Origin: an uncultured Methanosarcinales archaeon
GTDB taxonomy: Archaea; Nanobdellota; Nanobdellia; Woesearchaeales; GW2011-AR15
Length of the DNA: 64,000 bases
Reading direction: 5' to 3'
Assembly: GCA_964552005.1 (NCBI GenBank)
Contig: CAZKFC010000002.1
Location: 35,188-99,187, forward strand
Positions 10,159 through 19,100 of the stretch are shown piece after piece. Position numbers and translations under genes: made by a program. Below the pieces are notes generated by a model. It was given only the letters and a program-made list of their open reading frames with translations, was not told the origin of the DNA and searched no databases. Numbering within the stretch: position 1 is the stretch's first letter; the number at the start of each line of letters is the position of its first letter.

Positions 10159-11133
10159 TTACGCCAGAATGTCCAGTGCAACTTTTTGTCCTGGTGCCAA
10201 ATTATGCCTCTCACTAAACCCTGCCTTAACTTCAATAACATATAACGCGGGTTCATCTGGATCATATAAATCACATGGCTCTTCTGTACAAGGCTCTACT
10301 CTTTTATGAATTGTAACTATTTCTTTATTTTCATTAAGAAAAATAATATCTATGGGAATCTTCATGTTCTTCATCCAGTACTTATATTGTCCTGGTTGTT
10401 CAAAAACAAATAACATAGCGTCTTTCTCATCTAAATTATCTCGGAACATTAATCCCAGGGTTCTTTCTTCTGGCGTATCTTTAATTTCCAGATTAACACA
10501 GTATCCATCAGAAAAACATGCTTTGTCATTGTTATCTGTTAATGGGATAAAAAAGAGTAATGTAATAAGCAACATAATTATTAAAATAAAGATTAATTTT
10601 GTACTATTATGTTTCAACTGAAAAATAGATTTTTTTTCCATATTATGTAATTGTAACAGCAATTTTTCTGTTAAACTATATAACATTATAATTACGTATA
10701 AGTATATTAAAATTCTGCTTTCCACAAAAATATTTATAATAACAACAACAGGAAATAGTATGGCAGCAAGTAAAGCAGCATAGTTTCTCATGAAAATTAA
10801 TTTTTCAGTTTTTACTTTACTTATAATCTGGATAATAACAAAATAACTAAATAAGAAAATACCTACAAAAAGATATTTTTTAATTAAGTCTGCTTTTAAA
10901 AAATAAAAACTTACAACTGAACAAAGCACAATAAAGTTGTCAGCAATAACATCAAATTTTTTCCCAAAAAGTGTTGTTAATTTTAATTTTCTAGCTATAA
11001 AACCATCCAATACATCTGTAATTAAAGCCGAACAATAACTTATCACAAAACCAAGTATGTCTCCAATATAAGCAAAACATATCATAATCAGACCAAGTAA
11101 TAATCTGGAAAAAGTGATGATGTTTGGCAACAT
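10159..11133 (-). CDS. Fusion protein: N-terminal CDP-alcohol phosphatidyltransferase (membrane) joined to a C-terminal DUF192 (COG1430) domain.
   Basis: 'DVLDGFIARKLKLTTLFGKKFDVIADN' matches D-G-x2-A-R...G-x3-D-x3-D. C-terminus 'TLGLMFRD...AMLFVF...YWMKNMKIPIDIIFLN...YVIEVKAG' is DUF192-like. Confidence 0.62.
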   Translation of the reverse strand: MLPNIITFSRLLLGLIMICFAYIGDILGFVISYCSALITDVLDGFIARKLKLTTLFGKKFDVIADNFIVLCSVVSFYFLKADLIKKYLFVGIFLFSYFVIIQIISKVKTEKLIFMRNYAALLAAILFPVVVIINIFVESRILIYLYVIIMLYSLTEKLLLQLHNMEKKSIFQLKHNSTKLIFILIIMLLITLLFFIPLTDNNDKACFSDGYCVNLEIKDTPEERTLGLMFRDNLDEKDAMLFVFEQPGQYKYWMKNMKIPIDIIFLNENKEIVTIHKRVEPCTEEPCDLYDPDEPALYVIEVKAGFSERHNLAPGQKVALDILA

Positions 11134-11185
11134 ACTTTCCTAAATATCAGTAATTTATATAAATCATACTTCTTTTCTAAGCATA

Positions 11186-11362
11186 ATGGCAAGACGTGAT
11201 AAAATTAACATGCCGATGTCTGGCGCAGGTTTAACACGGTATTTTGATGATTATAAGTCAAAAATAGAGTTCAAGCCTGGACATATTGTATTTCTAGCAG
11301 TTATAGTAATTCTATTAGTTATCTTACTCCATAACATGGGCAATAGGTTATTAGGTATTTAG
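11186..11362 (+). CDS. secG: Preprotein translocase subunit Sec61-beta (archaeal SecG). This 58-aa gene is below the ORF-track length cut-off.
   Basis: Translation 'MARRDKINMPMSGAGLTRYFDDYKSKIEFKPGHIVFLAVIVILLVILLHNMGNRLLGI' has the conserved 'SGAGLxRYFD' motif and a C-terminal TM. Confidence 0.55.
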   Translation: MARRDKINMPMSGAGLTRYFDDYKSKIEFKPGHIVFLAVIVILLVILLHNMGNRLLGI

Positions 11363-11403
11363 AAACAGCGAAAAAAATTAAAATTTTTTTCTGGCTTTGA
11401 AAA

Positions 11404-12966
11404 TTGTTAAAATTTTCAAAAGATTTATTAAAGACTCTATATACTAATTTCTCTATAAAAAAGGGGTATTATATGGAAACAAGAGCTATTGATTCTTATC
11501 AGCTTATGGTTAATGAGACAATTCCCTTACAAATTCATATATACAGCCAAAAAGGAAAGGCCGTGCCGTTCTACCATTTATCTTTATTGGATATTACTGA
11601 TGAAACTAAAAGGATTATAGAGAGGATAAGAGAAGATATCATAACAAGTTTAAGTTTTGAGTTAACTAAGAAAAAAACAAAAGAAGGCGAAGAAGAGATA
11701 AAAGAACAGTTTCAAAAAAAACTTAAAGAAATTATAAAGACGCAATTTTCAGATTTAAAAGAGAAAGATATTGGTTTAATAACAAATTACATAATAGTAA
11801 CCAGTCTAGGATTGGCAGAGATTGAGTTTTTATTAAAGGATGCTGAACTTGAAGAAATTGTTGTTAATTCATCAAAAGATCCTGTCTGGGTCTACCATAG
11901 AAAATACGGTTGGTTAAAAACCAATATTGTGTTCAAACAAGAGAATAAAATTAGGCATTTTTCAACTTTAATAGGAAGAAATGTAGATAAAAACATTAGT
12001 TTATTAGAACCATTATTAGATGCACATCTAAAATCTGGGGACAGGGTAAACGCTACATTAAGCCCAATAACTACAAAAGGCAATACAATAACAATAAGAA
12101 AATTTTCTAAGACACCATGGACAATAACTCATTTCATAAAAAATAAAACTATAGATTATACTTCTGCAGCCCTTATATGGCAGGCTATACAATATGAATT
12201 ATCAATATTAATAGCAGGCGGAACAGGCTCAGGAAAAACTTCTTTTCTTAATGTAATAAGCAATTTTTTTCCTCCTAATCAAAGGATTATATCTATTGAA
12301 GATACCCGTGAGCTTAGATTGCCCAAAACCCTACATTGGGTCCCTATGCAGGCCCGTCTACCAAATCCAGAAGGCAAAGGCGAAATTACCATGCTAGATT
12401 GTATGATTAATACTTTAAGGATGCGTCCAGATAGAATAATAGTTGGAGAAGTTAGACGTGAGAAAGAACTTGAAGTTATGTTTGAAGCAATGCACACAGG
12501 CCATTCTGTTTACAGCACGTTTCACGCTAGCAACATAGATGAAGCTATAGCCAGACTAACAAATCCGCCTATTAATTTGCCAAAACAATTGCTTTCCTCA
12601 ATAGGCCTAATTGTTGTACAACATCGGAATAGAAGAACTGGAAAAAGAATTACTTTCCAGATAGCAGAAATAAATGAATTAGGCCAGCCCGTATTATTGC
12701 TACAGCATGATTATCTCGGAGATACTATGAAACAAGTTAATTCGCCAAACAGAATTTTAAAAACATTAAACATGTATACTGGCATGTCAACAAAACAGAT
12801 ATACGCAGACATACAAGAGAAAGTTGCGGTATTAGAATGGCTTGTAAAGCAAAACATTACAGACATCAATATAATAGGATTAATAATGAGTGATTATTAC
12901 ACAGAAAAACAGCACATTATATCTTTAGTACAAACAAACAGCCCATATAAGTCAATAGGTGAATAA
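11404..12966 (+). CDS. Type IV pilus or archaellum assembly ATPase (FlaI/TadA/PilB-like).
   Basis: Walker A 'GGTGSGKTS', 'IISIEDTRELRL' and His-box 'FEAMHTGHSVYSTFHA'. Confidence 0.8.
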   Translation: MLKFSKDLLKTLYTNFSIKKGYYMETRAIDSYQLMVNETIPLQIHIYSQKGKAVPFYHLSLLDITDETKRIIERIREDIITSLSFELTKKKTKEGEEEIKEQFQKKLKEIIKTQFSDLKEKDIGLITNYIIVTSLGLAEIEFLLKDAELEEIVVNSSKDPVWVYHRKYGWLKTNIVFKQENKIRHFSTLIGRNVDKNISLLEPLLDAHLKSGDRVNATLSPITTKGNTITIRKFSKTPWTITHFIKNKTIDYTSAALIWQAIQYELSILIAGGTGSGKTSFLNVISNFFPPNQRIISIEDTRELRLPKTLHWVPMQARLPNPEGKGEITMLDCMINTLRMRPDRIIVGEVRREKELEVMFEAMHTGHSVYSTFHASNIDEAIARLTNPPINLPKQLLSSIGLIVVQHRNRRTGKRITFQIAEINELGQPVLLLQHDYLGDTMKQVNSPNRILKTLNMYTGMSTKQIYADIQEKVAVLEWLVKQNITDINIIGLIMSDYYTEKQHIISLVQTNSPYKSIGE

Positions 12967-13106
12967 ATCTGTTCTTCTCAAAACAATTTGAGGAAACTTT
13001 AAAAAAAGCCCAGCTTGGATATGATATAGAAAAATTTTCAAAATTAGTTTTTACATTTAGCTTTATTGGTTCTATATTATTAACTTTATTTGGATTATTA
13101 TTTGTT

Positions 13107-13763
13107 ATGCAATTAAAATTGCCTTATTATTTTCTTACAATAATTTTTGCTATTTCATTTTTATTAATATTCCAATTAATAAAATTAATCCCTTCATTCA
13201 GTGTGCAAAATAAACGTGCATTACTTGAATCAGATTTATTATATAGTACTAGGCACTTATTATTAAAATTAGAAAGCGGTTCTTCTTTGCTTAACGCGTT
13301 AGAAAGTGTTTCAAAATTAAAGACAAATTCAAGTGTTTTTTTCAAAGAAATAATTTATGATGTGTCTCTGGGAATGCCAATTGAAAAGGCATTAGAAAAA
13401 GCAATTGAATACAGCCCAAGCAAAGCTTTTACTAAAATAATTGAGGAAATACAAACCTCTTTGGTAACTGGAGCAGATTTGCAGAAAACATTAAAATCAA
13501 CATTAAAAGATGTAACAAGACAGCACCTAATAGCAATACAAGAATATGGTAAAAAACTTAATCCCATGTCTATGTTTTACATGATTATTGGCACAATAGT
13601 TCCTTCTTTGGGAACAGCAATGACAGTTGTAGCCACAAGTTTGTTACCGGGTGCAATAATAATTGACAGGCGAATTTTAATGTTTATAGCTGGTTTATTA
13701 TTAGTAATACAGATTTTTTTCATATTAGGATTTAAATCATTGAAGCCAATGGTGATTGAATAA
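13107..13763 (+). CDS. TadB/TadC/FlaJ-like pilus platform membrane protein (first of two). The true start may be the in-frame TTG at 12987, which adds one more TM helix.
   Basis: T2SS-F-like hydrophobic pattern. It sits immediately downstream of the ATPase. The in-frame upstream extension encodes the TM-like segment 'LVFTFSFIGSILLTLFGLLFV'. Confidence 0.55.
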   Translation: MQLKLPYYFLTIIFAISFLLIFQLIKLIPSFSVQNKRALLESDLLYSTRHLLLKLESGSSLLNALESVSKLKTNSSVFFKEIIYDVSLGMPIEKALEKAIEYSPSKAFTKIIEEIQTSLVTGADLQKTLKSTLKDVTRQHLIAIQEYGKKLNPMSMFYMIIGTIVPSLGTAMTVVATSLLPGAIIIDRRILMFIAGLLLVIQIFFILGFKSLKPMVIE

Positions 13764-14767
13764 TGTTTTATGGATTAGGAAAAGCAATTTTACCAGATAA
13801 AATAAGTAAACATATTAAGAAATATGTTCAAAAAACTGGCTTATATAACGTGCCTTATTCATTATATGGAAGTTTATTTGTATTATCAATCTTAGTTTCA
13901 ATAGGCGTCTATGTTTTTTTTGTATTTCCAAGTTTAAAAACAGCCAATCCAATTGTTTTAGGATTAGGATCGTTTATTGCACTTACAGTAATTGATTTAA
14001 TTTTAATAACTATAATTGCTTTAGTATTATGGTTGTACTATGAATTTATAATCTTTAATAGAGTTAGGCAGATTGAAGATGTTCTGCCAGATTTTTTGCA
14101 AGAAGTTTCTGTTAATTTACGAGCAGGAATGAGTTTTGACAAAGCTTTGTGGAATAGTATGGAGCCGGAATTCGGTGTATTAGAAACAGAAATAGAAACA
14201 GTTGCAAAGAAAGTCATGACAGGTAAAGATACTGAGCAAGCATTAAAAGAATTTTCTCAAAAATATAATTCAACATTGCTACAAGAATCCATGGACATGA
14301 TTATTGTTGGATTAAGATCTGGTGGCAACATATCTGATTTAATAGACAGGATAGTTGATAATGTCAAAGACGCGTATTACTTAAGAAAAGAATTAATTGC
14401 TTCTGTCACAAGTTATGTTATTTTTATTGCATTTACTGCTGTTTTGATATCTCCAACACTGTTTGCATTATCCTTTAATTTAATGGAAATAATCCAAGGA
14501 TTAGGAGAAAAATTATCCACTACAAGTTCTTATGGTGTGCTGCCTTTTAATGTGGGTTTTAAAAGCATTAACCCTGAAGATTTTATTTTGTTTTCAAAAA
14601 TTTCTGTTATTATAATATCAACAATATCTGCGATGATAATTGCAGATTTGCGTGAAGGAAGTATAAAAGCAGGCCTTAAATATTTACTGGCTTTTATACC
14701 ATTGGCTTATTTTACATATATTGGCATGTTAACAATATTCACAAGTATTTTTGGAATCATAATTTAG
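13763..14767 (+). CDS. TadC/FlaJ-like pilus platform membrane protein (second of two).
   Basis: Polytopic protein with a cytoplasmic helical domain (T2SS-F-like). Its start overlaps the stop of the upstream gene (ATGA). Confidence 0.6.
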   Translation: MFYGLGKAILPDKISKHIKKYVQKTGLYNVPYSLYGSLFVLSILVSIGVYVFFVFPSLKTANPIVLGLGSFIALTVIDLILITIIALVLWLYYEFIIFNRVRQIEDVLPDFLQEVSVNLRAGMSFDKALWNSMEPEFGVLETEIETVAKKVMTGKDTEQALKEFSQKYNSTLLQESMDMIIVGLRSGGNISDLIDRIVDNVKDAYYLRKELIASVTSYVIFIAFTAVLISPTLFALSFNLMEIIQGLGEKLSTTSSYGVLPFNVGFKSINPEDFILFSKISVIIISTISAMIIADLREGSIKAGLKYLLAFIPLAYFTYIGMLTIFTSIFGIII

Positions 14768-15198
14768 AAACTAATAGTATCATCTAATTTAGTTTTACTT
14801 TTTTTAATAGTGCCTTGAGGCAGTTCAATTACATAACTAGCTTTGTTTTTAGAAACATAGATAGTAAAGGGTTTAAAATTTTCCTTAATTTCTATTACTC
14901 TTTTATTATCATCTAAAAACAAAACATCTATAGCATAAAAAACAAAGAACATGTGTAAATCTATTTTTTTTGGCTTTGAAAATTTAAATATATAACCAAT
15001 ATCAAGAATCTTTTTAGAAAACATTAATCCTTTTGCTCTTGAAAGAACACTGGAAAGAATTTTTTTATTTTCAACTAATACAGAATTTTTAGTTTTATTC
15101 TTAATCATTTTAGCAGGGACTTTTTGATAAATCATTAACACCGTACAAAATGAGATGATCATTCGGCACTCGTTCAATCCTAAACAATTCACGAACAT
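14764..15198 (-). CDS. Stand-alone DUF192 (COG1430) domain protein.
   Basis: 'RAKGLMFSKK...LHMFFVFYAIDVLFLD...YVIELPQG' parallels the C-terminal domain of the 10159..11133 product. Confidence 0.5.
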   Translation of the reverse strand: MFVNCLGLNECRMIISFCTVLMIYQKVPAKMIKNKTKNSVLVENKKILSSVLSRAKGLMFSKKILDIGYIFKFSKPKKIDLHMFFVFYAIDVLFLDDNKRVIEIKENFKPFTIYVSKNKASYVIELPQGTIKKSKTKLDDTISF

Positions 15199-16108
15199 CT
15201 GTATCTAAGTCAGTAAAATCACAGTAATCTTTACCAATGCCCGTTGTTGTTTGTTCACCAAAATAGAGATAATCAATAACAGACCTGTTCTTTTTCAAAA
15301 GTCCTTGCTCAAACAACTCTTCGACATTCACCATGCTCTCAATTCCAAAGGGTGATGATGATAAATTACCAGTAAATCTCATTAAGAAACTTGGCGCATC
15401 TGTATGATTAATATAATAAGAATTTAACAAATGCCCTTCTAAAATAGTAGTATCATTATTAGGACCAATAAAAGTCATATTTGGCGTAATGTTTACTAGA
15501 TTAGTAACTTTGTCTGAGGTTTCAACCGTATAAAGCGGATCTTCAAACCCAATTATCGAAAATTCTTGTTTGTATTCTTTATCAAAAACCCATGATGCCA
15601 GACCCTTAACATCGCTTATGTTTATGGTTGCGTTAAGCCTTACTTCAACCGTCCAAGGTGTTATATGTTGGATACTTACTTCATGGACTTTTACTGAAGT
15701 AATAATATTAAGTTCATCTGCTTCTTCATTTACTCTGGCAACCCAACTATTAATGTCTGCACCCTGTGTTTCCTGTCTCATTAAGCTCATTGTAATATTA
15801 CCATTGTCTGCTGTTCCATTTACCAATATCTCTGTAAATGTTTCGTCAAGATCTGTTACATAACCTTGGATTTGTCTAACGTAAGCGTTCATACTGATTA
15901 GTGCCCTATATCCTCCTATGAATAACTCCCTTTCCAAATCTTCATCAAAATCTTGGATAAAATTGTTCATTGTTTTAACTCTTGAATATATTGCACTGCT
16001 TCTTTCTCTATATCTATATGTATCTTTAGTAGTTACAACTGCCACCACCAAGATAATAACAAACAATGCTATAAATGTAAAAAACACGCCCTTATTATTT
16101 ATCTCCAT
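15110..16108 (-). CDS. Pilin-like protein with a class III signal peptide-like N-terminus.
   Basis: 'MEINNKGVFFTFIALFVIILVVAVV'. It overlaps the upstream giant pilin by 10 nt, which suggests translational coupling. Confidence 0.5.
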   Translation of the reverse strand: MEINNKGVFFTFIALFVIILVVAVVTTKDTYRYRERSSAIYSRVKTMNNFIQDFDEDLERELFIGGYRALISMNAYVRQIQGYVTDLDETFTEILVNGTADNGNITMSLMRQETQGADINSWVARVNEEADELNIITSVKVHEVSIQHITPWTVEVRLNATINISDVKGLASWVFDKEYKQEFSIIGFEDPLYTVETSDKVTNLVNITPNMTFIGPNNDTTILEGHLLNSYYINHTDAPSFLMRFTGNLSSSPFGIESMVNVEELFEQGLLKKNRSVIDYLYFGEQTTTGIGKDYCDFTDLDTDVRELFRIERVPNDHLILYGVNDLSKSPC

Positions 16109-19100
16109 ACTCTTACCTCAGCTAATGCAGGTCCCCATGGATATGGGATTTTACCAACTGAAATTGCGCCAATAACAAAATTTTGTTCTTCAATATTAAC
16201 ATATATACGGCCGTCATCATCAAAATCTAAGTTATCAAGTAAATTATACATTGCATCATCATACGTATCATTAGCATCATAACTTATAGAAGCGTTTGTG
16301 TAATAACATTGTTTTGTGCCTGTATATGTTGGCGGTACATCCACTGTTGTATTTTCTCCATCTTCAAATTCAATAGACCATTCACAACCGATGGCTTTTT
16401 CTAAAACATCGCTATATGAAACAGAAGCTGTAAATTGCGCAGTATAAATCAAGGTATTATTTTTAGAACATTCAGTATAATTTAAAGGTGAATCACCTGT
16501 TCTAATGAAAAAACTATTGTTACCTGCTTGCAATGTTGGCACAGGTATATTAACTAAGAACGGATCACCCATGGCTGTATAATCTGTTGAATAATCACTT
16601 AGATTATATACAGAATTATTGTTTACTATTAAAGCATCTGTCCAGTGTTCAGATGAATATGACGTTAACTTTGAGTTTGAAACACGGACATCTCCAGGAA
16701 TATATACATTGAAAGAACAGCCTGGGAAATTTTTTTCTTCTACGATAATTGAAATTTCGCCAAACTCTGGCGGGTCTACTAATGGATCATATTCTATATC
16801 TATATTAGAGTCACCATATAAAATACTTTCAGAGATATCTCCTGAACCTTCAATTTCAATCGTCTGTGAATGTCTAGTAGCAGAGATTATTGTAGAGGCA
16901 ACATCCTGATAAAATTGCTGCAGAGCAGTAATATTATCGCTTTTTCTATATATACCATTACCGCAATCTGCTATACCCTGTAAAGTTGTTTCATCAGCAT
17001 TATCACTAAAGCCAACAGCATAAACTGTAATACCATACTCTTGCCTAGCATCACAAGCTGCCTGGATAGCATCCTGGATAGCGTCTCCTGTTCCTTGCTG
17101 AGCGCATTGCCTATTTGCAACACCGTCTGTCATGACCATTATTGCATCTTCCCTTGTGTCATTTAATATTATTAATTCTAAATCAAATTTGGCTGCTCTT
17201 GCAGTATTTGATAAGTCAACAGCAACAACATTATCGCCTTGCTTAAAATATTCTCTTGGCACTTGTATACCGCGAGCATTCCAATATTGGGCAAAACTTG
17301 GATTTGGACTTATATATATTAGTTGGCCATTCAAATATACTTTTGCTGTATCATCATACAAAACATTAAGAACTCCTCTTCCAACTTGATTTAAATCCGC
17401 AACATTAAAGTGTTTTCTAAAATAATAATGGTTTGTTTTATTAGTAATTTTTAACTCAATGTTGTCAAATCTCCACCAGCCGTATTCTTGACTTTCAGAC
17501 GCTCGTAATTTCCCGCCAAGTTCAAGATAATAATTTCCTGGACCTGTTATCCATGGAGAAACGTCTTGGCTGTATGTGCCTGAAAATTCTGCATCGGGAT
17601 TATCCATTGTAAAAATCTCAGGATCATTATCAGAGCCACCATCATTAGCATCTAAGTCTGTACCAAGATAATTTGAACTTGTTGAGCTGGACCATCTAGC
17701 TTTTACCCAGACTTGGTCAGATGTTTCAAAAGGATTGTCATTACCATCCCATTCATAATTAAATGAGAGGATTGCTGCTCCGTTTGCCTGTATTAAATTG
17801 TACATTTCCTGCGTAATATTGATTTCTATACCATACGCACCAGAACAATCATAATTCGAGCAATCATTTTGTGTAATGTCATTATCCATTTCCAATACTT
17901 TGTTAGGTCCAACAGTTACAACTTGATTATAATCAATGTTATCATCAAAACCAAATACACCATTATTATCTAATGTGTCCCAGTCCCAGCCGTCATCATT
18001 TCCAGTAATACCAAAAGTATTGGCAGTTGAATTTAAAACACCTGATGAAAAGTCGTTAGGCGGTCCTGTAATATCTCCAGTATTTTCCCATAGATTTGCA
18101 TAGATTGCATCTGGGTCAAGTTCTTCAAATTCTAATTGTATATTATCAAACCTAAATGTGCCCCATTCTGTATTCTCACTTGCAAGTAATTTCCCACCTA
18201 TAGCCAAATAATATAATCCTGGCCCTTCTATAAAGGAGGTAATTTCTTGTGAATATGTGCCAGAAAAGTCTGTATCAGGATTAGTACGTCTGTCAACTTC
18301 TAAAGTTGTATCTCCTCCAGAAGAAGATAATTCCGCACCTAAATAATTAGTGCCAGAGGTAGGACTCCACCAGTAAGATTTTATCCAGACTTCATCTGTG
18401 CTTTCAAAGGGATTGTTGTCATTACCGTCCCAGTTATAGTTAAAAGAAATCTTTACTTTTCCTCCGTTTACTACAGCATTATATAATTCAGAAGTTATGT
18501 TAATGGCTATGCCATAAGCACCACTACAATCAAAATTTGTACACGCATTACTGCCAGCAACACTTGTATTAAACTCTAACTGTCCGTTAACTATCTCGTT
18601 ATAGCTAATATCGTCATCATATCCAAAAGGGCCTGAACCATCATTATTATTATCATAATCCCAGCCGTCATTATTGCCCGTGCTGCCGAACGTATTAGCT
18701 GTATAATTTAATATGCCAGATGAAAAGTCATTGGGTGGCCCGGGATTATCTAAATTATGTTCCCATAAATTTGCATAAGAAGTATTTCCTGCTAAAGAAC
18801 TGCCAATTTCTGTATCTACAATAGGGCTATAGACAAATCCATTAGTAGAACCATAAATAGCATTATCACTATAAGACCAATCTGATTCATTATCATAATT
18901 ATTATGATACCATGAATCTCCGTCATCATCTACAGGCGGCGGACTAAGAAAATAATTAGTAGTGTAATACCATTGCTCTTTTGACTGAATAACTGTGTTT
19001 TTTGAAATATTCTCTGTTAATATTGCAACAGCACTATTTATACCGCAGCATACACAAGTCGCGCCGCTGCCTTCATATCCTGTTTCTGGTACAGCTGTTC

